Source: Octopus sinensis (taxonomy: Eukaryota). Taken from it: a stretch of DNA of 64,000 bases. The stretch lies in assembly GCF_006345805.1 (NCBI RefSeq), contig NC_043002.1:118358001-118422000 (forward strand), read 5' to 3'. Below, one piece after another: positions 36,501 to 50,000 of the stretch (position 1 is its first letter; each line of letters opens with the position of its first letter). The notes under the pieces are model-generated. The model did no database searches, was not told the origin of the DNA, and saw only the letters and a program-made list of their open reading frames with translations. The position numbers and the translations under genes are program-made.

Positions 36501-39500
36501 AGTTGCCAGTCAAATTTCATTTTAAATTGCTATCTAACTATTAAAGAAAAATAATAACCATAATTCAAATAATCTAGCATCAATATTTTATGCCCACTTG
36601 AAAGGCAGCAAGCTGGCAGAATCATTCCTGTGCCGGAAAGCTGCTTAGCAGTGTCTCTTCCAAATTTACATTCTGAGTTCAAATTCCGCTGAGGTTGACT
36701 TTGCCTTTCATCCTTTCGGGGTTGATAAAATATGTATCAGTTGAAGACTGGGGTCGATGCAATCGACTTACTCACTCCCTGAAATTGCTAGTTTTGTGCC
36801 AAAATTTGAAAACAATATTTTATGCTCACTTTTCTATGTTGGCATGGGTTGGATAGGTAGGTCAGTTTTAACACAATGTCAGCTCCACTTGTTGCAGTCT
36901 TTCATCATACCCTTTGTGAGATTCAATCTTCAAAGATCAACCCTAATCACATCTTTCTTCAGTTTTCCCTTTTTTTTTTGCAAGCTTCCCCTACCTGCAT
37001 TATTTTACACTTTTCCCCTTAGCTTTCATTCTTTATATACATTACCATTACACTCTTCTCTTTCGTAGACTATGGCAGAAACCTCTGATGCTCAGATTTT
37101 CTCTCAGAAACCTCTGATGCTCTGATGCTAATGCATATTGACCTTACTCATCCAGCAAAGCATGCTTGCCAGCTTTCACTTATATCTTCTGTGCTCAGAG
37201 CATACCATGTCATATTGTACATAAACACAAGCATCATACAGTTTTTCCTTTGCTGTGAGAGAGAGAGACCCTATTTGTTGTCAACAGAGGTGAGAGCTTC
37301 CTGAACTTGTTCCATGTCATTCTTGCTCTTGCTACAATTCTTTACAAATGCTACAGAAGCTATCAACTACTTCTAATGAGCCTGAATAACTGAAAGGCAT
37401 CATTTCTTGGTTGCTCTGTATCTATTACATGAAATACACTATGCTGTCAGCCTGGCCAGTTTGACTATAAGACTAGCAGAATATTTGGGCTGGATACAGA
37501 TGGTTTAAGTGTTAAAGGGTTAAAACTGTCTAACTTTAAATAACACTGTTCCCGAATAACTACATATGTACAGCCCTAAGAAATATGACATTATCTATAA
37601 ATGTTAGGGTTTTTTCCAGCAACGTATTCTGAAGCAATCAGATTTATGACATGAAGAGTTACCTCAGAAGTCTATTAGTTGTAATTCTTACAACCTAACT
37701 TGTTTTATTATCTAGCAGTCTGACTAATTGTTTGCTAAAAAGAAAGAAGCAATCTTTTCAAGAAATTCTTAGAAAAATGGTTCTCTCTTCTTTAGTGTAG
37801 AACAGTAATGGTAGTGACTACAGACAACACACCAGCTTTGAAAAAAACGTTTTTGCAATATTATATTACAAAAAACTTCTCTATAGGCTTTTATGTGAAA
37901 CTAAAATAGACACGTTAATGATGCTCCAATAACAGGATTATGAAAGAAGTTAAGATTTCAACAGACCAGATGAAAATAACATTCATCATTGTAAGTGTAG
38001 AGACATCAGCATTTAGTATGTGACCACATGATAAGAAATTACTACACAACTACATGATTCTGGATTCAACACCCTTCAATAGAACCTTAGGCACATGTCT
38101 TCTACCCTAGGTTCAGATCACTCAAAGCTTTGGGAGTGACATTCAGTAATCTTAATCCATCATCCAATTTAACACCACCACCTAGCCCTTGGATGCCTTT
38201 AATAGAGTTCACTCTTGTTGCCAGTCAGAGGATATCTTCCTCCCACGAATCTAAGACTTTGAAAAAGGTCATGAGTACCATGAGTACATTACTTTTTTCC
38301 TTCTCACTATTGAAGGAAAAAAAAAACAATTTTCAAAAGGTTAAACAAAGGACTGACTAAATTTTTTAACTATGAACTATTGTTCTAGAGAATATTGATC
38401 AATTTGTGAATGTTATCAATAAATCATCAGATGGACAAGGGTAGCTGCATAAAGAAGTGTTGATCTCTAACTGTAGAGGGAACCTGTGGAAAAGGTAGAC
38501 CCAAAAGGCATGGGACAAGGTGGTGAAGCATGATCTTTAGATGTTGAATCTCATGGAGGCAATGACAAGTAATTGAGACCTTTGGTGATTCACCAAGTCA
38601 AGTGAAACTGTAGATGTGGCCAGTGCTGGTGACAAATAAAAAGCATCCACTACACTCTGGGAAGAGTAGCCAGCCGTAGAAACCAAGCCAAACCAGACTG
38701 GAGCTGGGTACAGCTCTCTGGCTCACCAGTTCTAGTCAAACCATCTAACCCATGTCAGCATGGAAAACAGACGTTAAATGATGCTGATGATAAAGAAAAT
38801 TGGTGAATGTCAAAAGCTATAAGCTGTTCAGACAGGTTAAGATTAACTGGATTAGCCTTGAGTGAATACTATAGGTAGGGAATGATTTTAAGTATAGTAC
38901 TGTTCTGGGAAATGGTCCATGCAAGATCTAGAGAATGAAACATGAAGTGGTAAGCAGAAAAATGAAGGTGGCATATAATCACTTAGTTTACAGAAACAGA
39001 AACCCTTAGTCTGCCATGTCTTCCCTTTTTATTACAATCAAAATAATCTCTATGATCCCAATTCTTCTCTACTCTTCCAGAAACTCAAATAATAATTAGA
39101 AAGAATTCAAATTACTTACATTTTTCACAAAGTCTTCCAATAGCTGAAAACCAAATGAAAAAGGAATCGATTAGCATTTTTGGTGTTGAATTTAGTCTTT
39201 AGTCTTAAATATACAATACTTATATGGAATTTTAAGTAATTTAAGCATACGAAAAAGTTATGAGCATAATTTGATATGAGACCAAGACATAAATGCATTA
39301 TAAGTATCATAATCAGTTTTTTCAAATTATATCAGAAATTTTATAAAGTAAATTTTAAAAAAAATTAAAGACACCTCAACATTATTCATATTTGGTGGCA
39401 GCACTAAAATAGGATAGTCAACGAATTATCTCAGACACTTTGTCTAATCTACCGATTGATATTTCTTATGACTGGTAAGCCTCACCACTTCGTCCCTGGA

Positions 39501-42500
39501 TGCTTGTAATGCAATCCAACAATGTATTGTAAAGCTTCACATCAAGTCACTGGTTTAAGAATTGTTTCCTACTTGTCTCAGACGCTCTGAAAAGGTCAAA
39601 GGTACTAACCTTCTCATCTGACAAAGCCATTCAAAATTCAGGGGCAGGGTGTGACACAAATTTATAACTACCTTTTTTTCATATATTACACAATGAAAAA
39701 TGTAGACGATGAAGTGAATTCACATCCAACCCTCAACCAAATAATCTGCAGGAAGTTGCGTATTTAAGACAAGCTAAGTTTATGTATTGTAACATCTAAA
39801 AGATATTACTTAACCATAACCATTTAATAGTTTCATGTAAGATTTATATGCAAGACTATCCGAAGAAGTAGAGGGGCTTTTGAATTGAGCACAAATTGCA
39901 AGCTTGCGATCGTCTTCATGACCTTAGGACCCCAACTAACTTTGCTTGCTAAACTCCAAGAAAGGCTACAGGATCTTACATAGTCTTGACCATTATCCTG
40001 AAACAGTTATTTGCTTAGTTGACTTCTGCCTTCAATAAACTATAACCTTTCTCCCTCAACAAATATACATGGAAACCTAATTCCTTTTCCTATCTTCAAC
40101 AAGGTATGTGCAATCCTACCAACTTCTGCTCTATCATCAACACATCTAACTCCTAAAGTGACTGAGACTCTTATCAATGAATGCTTCTTCGTATCACTTT
40201 CTTCACTGAGTAAAAATAAGGTTCCAGTAGAGCTAGATCCATTGTAAAACCTACAATATTTCAAATTAGCATTCTCTTGCCATCAAAAGCTCTGCTGAAA
40301 TAAAAACCTTTCTCTCCACAAAGCAAACTTTATGTTGTGTTGGTAGGAAAATCTTCCAGCAAACCTGCCAATAGGCTCCATCAATATTTCATTACAGAAG
40401 CTTTCCATTCAAGTAAATCTATCAGAGCAGTAGCTGGAAGCTTTCTTTCACTTATTATTTAGTGAGCATGTAAATTAAATCCCAAAATTCTATCTTCTCT
40501 ACATTGTGTATTAATTAGCATTATATTTGACAGAGTAATGTGAATGCTAAAGTGGTAATAACTCACAATTTCTTCTCGTTACTCCTACTAGACACTTTAA
40601 CTAAACATTTTAGTTAATCTTTTTCCCAGTGACCACACGGGGGTTTTCCTCCCTGTCTACTTATTCCCTCCAACTATTAATTTTCAGACTGATCATAAAC
40701 CTAACTCAGTAATTACTATTATCTAATCTACGAAGGCATGAAAAAGCTATTCGCAATCCCCTCCTCCAACCACCCACTGCCATGGATCCAACAAATACAA
40801 ACAAGTCAGCAATATATTGTTAAATAAAAGAAAAAGCATTCCATGTTTTCAAAATATTATTTTCTAAACAGACATTATAGAATGATGAATGTTGGATACA
40901 TAATTTTGATGAATAAACAGTCCCTAGTATTAAGATGAAGACAATTATTTTCCAGTTTAAAAAAAAAATTTTTTTTTTTAGTTCCAGGACAGTCTTTGAC
41001 CAATGATGTTTCAGTAGTAACAACCCACTATTTTGGTACAAATACGTACTTCTTTTTCTGAAGATGCTAGAATGTTATCTGGATTATTTCTAGTAATTCA
41101 AGCGACTGTATAGAAGCTGCTTTGTTGGCAATTACGACCAAGGCAATATTTCTAACATAATCTCAGTCTCCGAAGGACAAATGTCCAAAACGTAAATATT
41201 TCACTTCCCCAGTTTCTTTGGAAACTTTCATATTAGATGCAACCCTATTTTACAAGTATGTTCCATCACACACTTATTGAAGTATATTTTAAAGTAGTTT
41301 TGAAAGAGAACGTACAATTCTGTACATGTAAATACAATGCTGACAGTATAATAGAATTAAGTATGAAACCATAAATTTATCATAAACAAACTACCTTATA
41401 TGAATGTCATGGCCGTGATGCTTTATGTTAAAGCAATCGGTCACCAAGGTGGTACACAATCGCTATGGTTTTGTTGTCATCCACTCATTGCAAATAGGTG
41501 ACAGGTGGATAAAAACATATAATGCCTTCCATCTTCTTTCATTTTCATAATTAAAAATTGTTTCTTAAAGGTAACAGAGTTATTAAATAATGTAAGACAC
41601 ATCAGGTGTAAGTTATGTATAGTGGGGAAGAAGATACAATGAGATGACCAAACCTCTTTGTATAACTGCCAACGTAGCATAAACAATTTTTCGTGTGTGC
41701 TTGTAGCGGATCTTGCAGGATTGAAGTGGATTTAATCTACCATAGCCAAATTTAAATTAACACTTCAACAGAACTTTTCTCGCGGTGGAACAATGGGTTT
41801 TTTTCTGTGATGGCAGTTTTACATTTTCCAGATGCCTTAGCTAGGCTGAAATAATGTCTTTACCACTTGGTCTTTCTAACCTCTCCTAGACCACCAAAAG
41901 CTCAAATTAAGATAACAAATACCACCAACTAAATCCATTGTTCTCAACGATATGACTATCCTTCTGGATAGTTATAAAAGCAAGAACCTCAGTTAGTTGA
42001 CTCGTGACAATCAGTTTAGTTAATGAATGTCAACTCAAATCAGAGACATCTAACATTAGTTAGGGAAAAGAATGCTAGAATCATGACCACAAACAAGGCA
42101 GCTACCAAAGACAATGGTCAAATGGAGAAATGAAATTTACTGTCAGCAGCTGAGACCCAACTTCCTACTCTCTCTCATTTTTTCTTCTCTGCACATTACC
42201 ATATTTCTATGGCCGAAATTAACTTTTTTACTTCGCACACTCTAGGATTTTATCACTTGCCTGCCAAGGCAAGGTATATTCAATGTTACGGTATATAAAT
42301 ATTTTCTTTATAACTTCAATCACTGTTCTTTCGTCTTTACAAAATGGAAATCAAGGAAGAACCAATCCTTACAAACTGATTACAATGCCGTCGTCTCATA
42401 TTATTGTTTACTAATTAACCCAACTGTTACATGTTTATCAGAACGATACATTTTCGCTTGTTTACAATATTTTAGTATTAATAACAATTACTGTCGTTTT

Positions 42501-43455
42501 ACGAACTTACATTTACCTGGCGGAGACAAAGAATACGTACACCACCCGTTTTCAGCGTAAAACCCTAACCCTAATCTTAAACCCTAAATCTAACCACCTG
42601 GTGTACGTGCTCTTCACTTTCATCCGTTTACCTAGTTCCCTACTGTACCACATTATACACAAGACAATTTTTGATATTTCTGAAAATGGAAAGAAAAAAA
42701 GCGCGTTTTATACACCGGCAAATATAGTAATTAATTAGCCTGTTGTGTCTGGCCCTTGAGGCCTTTAATTTTCAACTGTTTGGAAGATTAAGAGTGGTGA
42801 ATTATAATACTTTTTAGGAATGATAATTTTAATGTTTTATTAAAGAATCAAAACAAACTTAGCTTTGCATAATATTAAATTGTAATATTACGGGGAGACA
42901 TTTGAATTGTAATATTGCAGGAAAAAAGGCCTTTGTTTCGTTGTACAAGCAAATAATTGTATTGATGGCATAAAACAATGAGTTTCGTGTATTAACTATC
43001 GTTTAAGCAGATAAAAACAAATTATCATAAAGAATTAGGGATAATTATCTCTATGCCAATAAAAATAAACAATTCAGTTATTTGAACATTAATCTTTTGA
43101 ATAAATAGATTTGCATTTATAATTGAACTTCACCCGGTAAATAAGAGAAATGGAAACGGTGACAGAAAAAGGAAAAAAGAACTGCACTAAATACATTTCT
43201 ACCAATTCTTTAATGTTTATAAAAGAATAAATTTCCATTTAATGCTTCGCGAGTCTCAAGAGTCTCATTTTGTAAGAGTCATTGGCGACAAGGCAAAAAC
43301 TTCAAAATAATAATATTCACGAGTTTCTGAATTATTGTAATTATTTGCTGAGATATTTACAATACTTTATCATTAGTCGAACGTTCTGTAGAATTTTACT
43401 TACCAACACCAGGTTGTTTTCGGCAAAAAATCAAATCTGGATGATGTTTCGCCAT
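33475..43455 (-). CDS. PHF5A: PHD finger-like domain-containing protein 5A (SF3b7/Rds3), complete, 110 aa; join complement(43404..43455,39120..39143,35870..36036,33475..33564)
   Basis: Four GT-AG exons (52+24+167+90=333 nt) splice in frame to [110 protein letters not shown], near-identical to the known PHF5A sequence. Confidence 0.98.
35870..36036 (-). CDS. PHF5A: PHF5A coding exon 3 ([14 protein letters not shown]...CTIMEKD)
   Basis: TTTAAG| acceptor, |GTTAGT donor; zinc-binding CxxC motifs of PHF5A. Confidence 0.98.
36603..36810 (+). mobile_element. tRNA-derived SINE, family B (PHF5A intron 2)
   Basis: AGGCAGCAAGCTGGCAGAATC head; GAGTTCAAATTCC B-box. Confidence 0.75.
38400..38792 (+). mobile_element. 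RTE LINE 3' end (PHF5A intron 2, antisense to the gene)
   Basis: [34 protein letters not shown], then 3' UTR and GATGCTGATGAT tail. Confidence 0.7.
39120..39143 (-). CDS. PHF5A: PHF5A coding exon 2 (24 nt, AIGRLCEK)
   Basis: TTTTCAG| acceptor and |GTAAGT donor; phases 1/1 match flanking exons. Confidence 0.96.
42507..42730. mobile_element. Small non-autonomous DNA element containing CCCTAA telomere-like repeats (PHF5A intron 1)
   Basis: CpG-containing 220-bp island; AACCCTAACCCTAATCTTAAACCCTAAATCTAACC at 42561-95; imperfect inverted ends ATTTACCTGG / CCGGCAAAT. Confidence 0.4.
43404..43455 (-). CDS. PHF5A: PHF5A coding exon 1 ([17 protein letters not shown])
   Basis: ATG at 43455-43453; donor G|GTAAGT. 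Confidence 0.97.
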
Positions 43456-43923
43456 GAGGGAGAAACTATGGATGAGTGACTCCAAAATAAGGAATTGTTT
43501 ACGTAGCGGTAACGAAAAGAAGATTAAAAAATTGAGTAACAAAATTCATTCATTTAATATTTTGGCAACGATCACCAATATTTTTCAAATAATTTTTTAT
43601 TATAAACTTTATTTCATCAATGATTACGATTTCTCTTCCGACATAATAAAAAGTATAATTAATTTAAAACAATTAGCAAACTTTCTTCTCTTTTATTTAT
43701 AACTATAATTATAAAAAAGATGACATACATTTTAAATTGTTAACTCGTATACGTTTTCGATGTTAATGCTTAACTCAATAAAATTCTGCAAGATAGATTT
43801 TACCAAACCAAAATAATGCTATAATGTTAAATATTAAATAACTTTCCGGAAGTGTATTATTTTCAATTCCCAGTTTTTGAAGTAACATCTCTACCCAACT
43901 TCCGGAATTTGCTGTCTCAGAAA
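43456..43923. promoter_or_regulatory. Bidirectional promoter and 5' UTRs shared by PHF5A and DDX47
   Basis: 468 bp between divergent ATGs; two ETS-type CCGGAAGT sites in opposite orientation (43846-43853 on +, 43898-43905 on -). Confidence 0.8.
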
Positions 43924-44013
43924 ATGGAAAAAGCTGAAGCGAAACCAGATCCCGGCAAAAAGGAATCAGGGCCGAAATGCGATGAAAACGAGCAAGCCAC
44001 ATTTAGTTCTTTG
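43924..44013 (+). CDS. DDX47: DDX47 exon 1 (MEKAEAK...EQATFSSL)
   Basis: AAAATGG start; TFSSL begins the Q motif; |GTAAG donor; in frame with exon 2. Confidence 0.85.
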
Positions 44014-47000
44014 GTAAGAGACATTTACGACTACTTGGTTTTCATTTACCAATACATTTCGTTTGAATTGAACGTGTCGTAGTATGACCAATGTTGGAAC
44101 CCAGGCTCGAAGCCGTTTCAATAGTTTCTCATAATATTTCCTTTTAATTAGAAACATTGATTCTAAATGTTTTTTTTTTAAAAATTAAATTAAGTTCCCA
44201 TATGATTCTTGTTTTATTTATCGTTAGACCTTTTGTCAACTTGATTTGAGTGTTTTTCTTACGACGTTTAATCATTGGGGAAGGCATAAATGTCACAACT
44301 TCCCTGTCATCTGGTTTAAAGCCCCGAGTTGTCTTCGTATTAACATTATTCGGCAGAAACGTTTGAGCGTCGGACAGAATACTTGGCCACATTCTTCTGG
44401 ATCTTTACATTCTGAGTTGAAATGCCACCGAGGTCAGCTTCACTTTTTATCCTTTCGGGATCAATAAAATAAGCACCTGTTGAGCTCTGGGGTCGGTGTA
44501 ATTGACTTACCTTCTCACCCTTAAATTGCTGGCCATTTGCCAAAATTTGAAACCATTATTATTGCACCAATCACTAATATTTATTTCCAGGGTGTCGTCG
44601 ATGTATTATGTGAAGCATGTGAACTTCTGAAATGGAAGCATCCAACCAAAATACAAAAAGAAGCAATACCTGTTGCATTAAAAGGTAGTAATATTTATTT
44701 CTGTAATTCTTGTGATTTTGTTTTCAATTTCAATTAGGATCTCTGTCCACTAACAGCAATTTTTGCTTTTTTATTTATCAAAATTGTTGTTGCGACAAGT
44801 TTTTACAGAATGTGACGTCTTCAGAAAATTTTCCTGAGCAAAGAGGATGGAAAGCTACTTAAATTTCACCTCAAACATAGAAGGTTATAACACCCAGGGA
44901 GGCTGGGAATTACCTGACACATCTCAGAAAAAAAATCTGTTGTGATAATCATAACCTTCACCTTGAAAGCTTGACTCTTGAAAATTTCATTAAAAAAATA
45001 AGCATTTAACAAAATCCGTTGTGGGTGGTGGGGAAAGGTCTTTCAGAAAAGCCAAAATTTTTGCTCAGTCACTAAGGCACTATGTAAAAAGCATTACTGT
45101 CAATGTTGGTGCCACATAAAAAGCACCCAGTACACTCTGTAAAGTGGTTACATTAAGAAGGACATCCAGGTGTAGAAAGCAAGTTAAAACAGACTATGGA
45201 ACCTTGTGCAGCCCCTGGCCTTGCCAACCCCTATTAGACTGTCCAACCCATGCCAGCATGGAAAATGGATGTTAAATAATGATGATGATTGTTTTCAATC
45301 CCCACACCCCGATGATCACAGGTTGCACACCTAAAATGTATCTCCTCATGGAAATTTCATTAAAAGATGCAATTTTAAGAAAACTATGGGGAAACATAAT
45401 CATTGTGGGGGACACATTTTTGTAGTTATGCCACTGGTGTTCATCATCGTTTTAACATCCACTTTACTATGCTTGTGTATCTTAGACAGAATTTGTTGTA
45501 GCAGTTTTCCTATGGCAAGATCCCCTTCTTGACACTAACCCTCACCTTTTTGCAAGTAAGGTAATATTTCCTATTTTCCCTTACTTGTTTTACTTGTTTC
45601 AGTCATTTGACTGCAGCCATGCTGGACCACTGCCTTTAGTCAAGCAAATCGACCCCAGGACTTATTCTTTGTAAGCCTAGTACTTATTCTATCAACCTCT
45701 TTTGCCGAACTGCAAAGTTACGGAGATGTAAACACACCAACATCGGTTGTCAAGTGATTGGTGGGGGGACAAACATGTACACATATATATTTATATATAT
45801 ATACAACGGGCTTCTTTCAGTTTCCGTCTACCAAATCCACTCACAAGGCTTTGGTCGGCCCGTGGCTATAGTAGAAGACACTTGCCCAAGGTGCCATGCA
45901 GTGGGACTGAACCCGAAACCATGTGGTTGGTAAGCAAGCTACTTACCACACAGCCACTCCTGCGCCTATAGCTGTGCCAAGCCGAACATCTTGTGATGGA
46001 AGACTAGAAACAAATGATACAACTTGTCTGATGGTGATATTTGCTTACAACTATCACTCAGTGTCAAGACAAGAAGACACAAACATGCACATACACACAG
46101 TTTCCATCTATCAATCCACTTACTGGGCTTTGATTGACCTGGGGCTGAACATTTTTGTAAACAGGTAGGTATATCATTTTGTAAAAAAAAATTTATTTTG
46201 TTTTGTATTCAAAAGTAAATATTGATTTCTTTCTTTTGCTCAGGAAAGGATGTCATTGGTTTGGCAGAAACTGGATCAGGAAAAACTGGAGCATTTGCCA
46301 TCCCTATTCTTCAGGCTCTCTTGGAAAACCCCCAGCGTTTATTTGGTTTAGTTCTCACTCCAACTCGAGAGTTAGCTTTCCAGATATCTGAACAAATTGA
46401 GGCTTTAGGAGCTGCTATTAGTATCAAATGTGGTAAGAGATGTTCTAAGTACAGTTAGTAATTATTGAAAATGTTAAACTTTGACATTAGCAAAGGTAGT
46501 TTCTTAAAATGTATTCCTCAACAGTGATTCTCTTTTTATAACAAGAAGTCTTCAATATTTTTTTCCTCCATCATCATCATCATTGTTTAATGTCCATTCT
46601 CCATGCTAGCATGGTTTGAAATTTTTAAAATTTGTTTAGTGCAAAAGACCTAAGATGATATATACATAAGTTGTTACTCTGTATATTATTGAATAATCAC
46701 AAACCTATTTGACTTTATGGCTGGGTTATTTTCATAATTAATGTGGGTTTTACTAAAAACTTTGGGACTTCTGATGCATATTGATTTGTTTTTTTTTCAC
46801 AAAAGTTCATGGCTTCAGATTTATAGGGAAAGTAAAAATTGATGTTATAATGTTCATATCTTTCTCAAATATAACACAATTCTAGTAAAGTATCACAGGT
46901 TGGATGAAACAGTATTTAATCTTGTCTTTTTACAAATTAAGTTAAATGTCACTTGGTTTAATTCCATCATTTAGTCCTTGGGTACCTTTAGTGAAGTTTA

Positions 47001-50000
47001 CTCTATTGCAACATTCATGTCAGATGTCTCTTACCAATAACAGAGGCCCTGAAAAAAACCACAGGTACTACATTCCTTCTGACTAAGTGATAAAAAATCT
47101 TTTGTGGAATTTAATCCCTTCGTTACATTATTTCTTCTGAAATATACTGCCTTTGTTATAATTCATTTTGAAAGTAATGAAGAATTTTATGAAATTATTT
47201 AGTCGTTATGAAGCTGGTGTTTGGAATATAAATTAACAGGAAATTTTGAAAGCAAGTTTTAAGCTTAGATCACTTTAAAACAGGAAGTTTGTATCATAGA
47301 ACTATTGGCAGTCTCAAGCAGGTTGGTATCAAAGGGTACGTTACCGGTTGCACACTGCTGTTCACTTCTTACTTCGCAGTATTTGTTGGTGCTTATAAAT
47401 CCTGAATACTTTTATTTAATATTTGTAAAATTAATTAACTCTGGAATGACCATCATCATTATTTGATGTCTGTTTTCCATGCTGTCATGGGTTGGACAGT
47501 TTGACCAGAGCTGGCAAGTTGCACCAGGTTCCAGTCTCATTTGGCTTGGTTCCTGTGGGTGGATGCCCCTTCCTAATGCCAACCACTTTACAGTGCTGCT
47601 GTGGAGGACGGGTCTTCTTGAGTACAACATGCTACTGCAAACTAACTATTCAAACAAGTCATAAGCAAATAGCCAAGTGTCTATAACTCAGCATGACAAA
47701 ATGGACCGAGAACAAATAGCAAAGTTTAATCTGATAAATTGCTCTTCTCGCATCAACTCCTTTACCTCATTTATCACTGTTGTTAAAACTAGTTTATCAG
47801 CATTCCCTTAACTAAAATAGAGTAATATTTTTTTACATGTAAGATTTTTAGACATGAAAACACATATCTCAACTCGTGTAAAAAAAAAAAAAAACTCCAA
47901 TTAATTAATAATACCTGTGCAATGTGAATAAAACTTTAGCTCATGTAACAATGACTTGAGAAAGTTACCTGCAGATCTGCTTGTGCCATTGTGTAGTTTG
48001 AGGAAATTTTCCAATCAATTAATAATACTGATGTAGTGAAGGGAAGAAAATGTCAGCTAAATGACTAGTATTATTTTAATCTGATTTTAGCAAGTATGGT
48101 TGATAACTCCAGACTTTGTATCTTCTGTTGATTCTTCAAATGTTTCCTTGTACTTCTATTGTTAGCTTGTTAAAAAGCTAAAGCTAAAATTTTTGCTGTC
48201 TTTTCAGCTGTGATTGTTGGAGGTGTTGATATGATGACTCAAGCATTAGTTCTAGCCAAAAAACCTCATATAGTTATTGGTAAGTAGGTTTTCTGCTATT
48301 TTCAAACTGAATTACTGAAAGTTTTAAAGGCTACTGTAAGGTCTCTTTCAGAAAGATGGACTCGGAATGGTTGAAGTGCACTTATCTACCATATAACAAG
48401 AGACTTCTTAAATACACAAAAACACTTCTTTGGTTACCTCCTCTTAATCTGTAAGAAAGCTAAATAAACTCTTATAGAATGGTTCTTATCTTACCAGCCT
48501 TGTATGATGAAAGGCATTGTCAGTACTGGTAAAAGGTACAGCCAAATAGAGACGTTTTATCCTCACTCAACCAATTCTATTATCCTACCACTCCCAAATA
48601 GAAATAACTGTTTCAAATATTGGCAGAAGGTCAGTGGGAGAGGGTTAGTCAATTACACTGATATCAATGCTTGGCTGGTACTTATTTTAATTGACCCTCA
48701 AAGAATGAAAATCAAAGTTGGCCTTGGCAGCATTTGAATTCAGGATCTAAAGAGCTGGAAGAAAAAACACGAAGCATTTTGTCTGGCATAGTAGGGTACC
48801 TACTAACTTACTGCCTTGGGGCAGATGTGGGATATAGTGGTGAGAAAGGATCTTCAGATGTTGGACCTCACAGAGGAGACAACAAAGGACTGAAACTTCT
48901 GGCAGTTTCCTGTGCTTGAGACACTTTTTATTCAAACTTTTTTAATGGACACTGAGAAATGAAAGCAAAAACTATTCTCTTATTGAATATAAGTATGACT
49001 GTTATACTTGCAAGCATTTTTCTTCATTTAGTGAACTTAATTCTTGTCATATACAATTTCAGACTTCAATATTTGTTACTGTTAAAAATTGTGTAACATC
49101 TTCAGTTGGTTACTTAATAAGCAAATACTCTTTCTTAGTAACATCCTTTGTCATCTGGATTTTAGGCTTGATTCAGTTTTTAAAATTTCAGTGAGTTTGC
49201 TCTACCTGAATTTGTATCATGTAATCAGTGGATAGTATTCATTGATCCAGCAGAACTGTAAATGAAACTAGAGTAGCTAACAGCAGAATCCGCTATGAAG
49301 TGAAGACCATGTGCTTCAAGGGGTAGGTGGAAGTCTCAGAAGAGTTGTATTTACTTTGATGATATAAATAGAAATAGACAGGTGTCACTGATAGTATATT
49401 GATTATGGTCGAGAGCTGGAATAACTTTTTAAAAGCTTACCTCCACTAGCAACAAAGAATTTCACTATATTAAAAATTCGAACTATGATCTCTGCGTTTG
49501 AAGATGGTATTGTATGTTATTGAAACATCAGATGAGAACAAACATGTGTCAGATGTGCAAAGCTGATCAAGAAAGCTATTGAGCTTCATCAGCATTTTTT
49601 AATGCTAGCCAAGAGTTGTTTTGAATTTCATCCTTTCACAGTCACTAAAATAATGCCAGTATGATGGTAAGTTCAATTCATCTATTATATTCCCTTCATT
49701 GATGTGTGGACTCACAAATCTTTACTGTAACATTACTGACGTGGTTTGCCATTGCCTTCCTACAAGAGTACTTCTACATAATTTCTGTTTACCAAACTCC
49801 ACCCAAAAGGCACTGATTAGTTTAAAGTTATAAAATAGAAAACATACTCTCTCAAAATTCTGCACAACCGATTTTTTTTAATTGTTGATTTGTTTTATTT
49901 TCAGCTACGCCTGGGCGTTTAGTTGATCATTTTGAAAACACAAAAGGTTTCAATATGAAAGCTTTGAAATATTTGGTAAGTATAAAAGTAATTTTGATAT

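Noticed and set aside
39400-40500. Coding-like minus-strand stretch inside PHF5A intron 1
   Set aside because: Many stops and no convincing motif; probably an old LINE, but the family could not be supported
42508-42527. TTACCTGGC..GGAGA resembling the U1 snRNA 5' end
   Set aside because: Only about 9 nt match; no U1 stem-loops or Sm site follow
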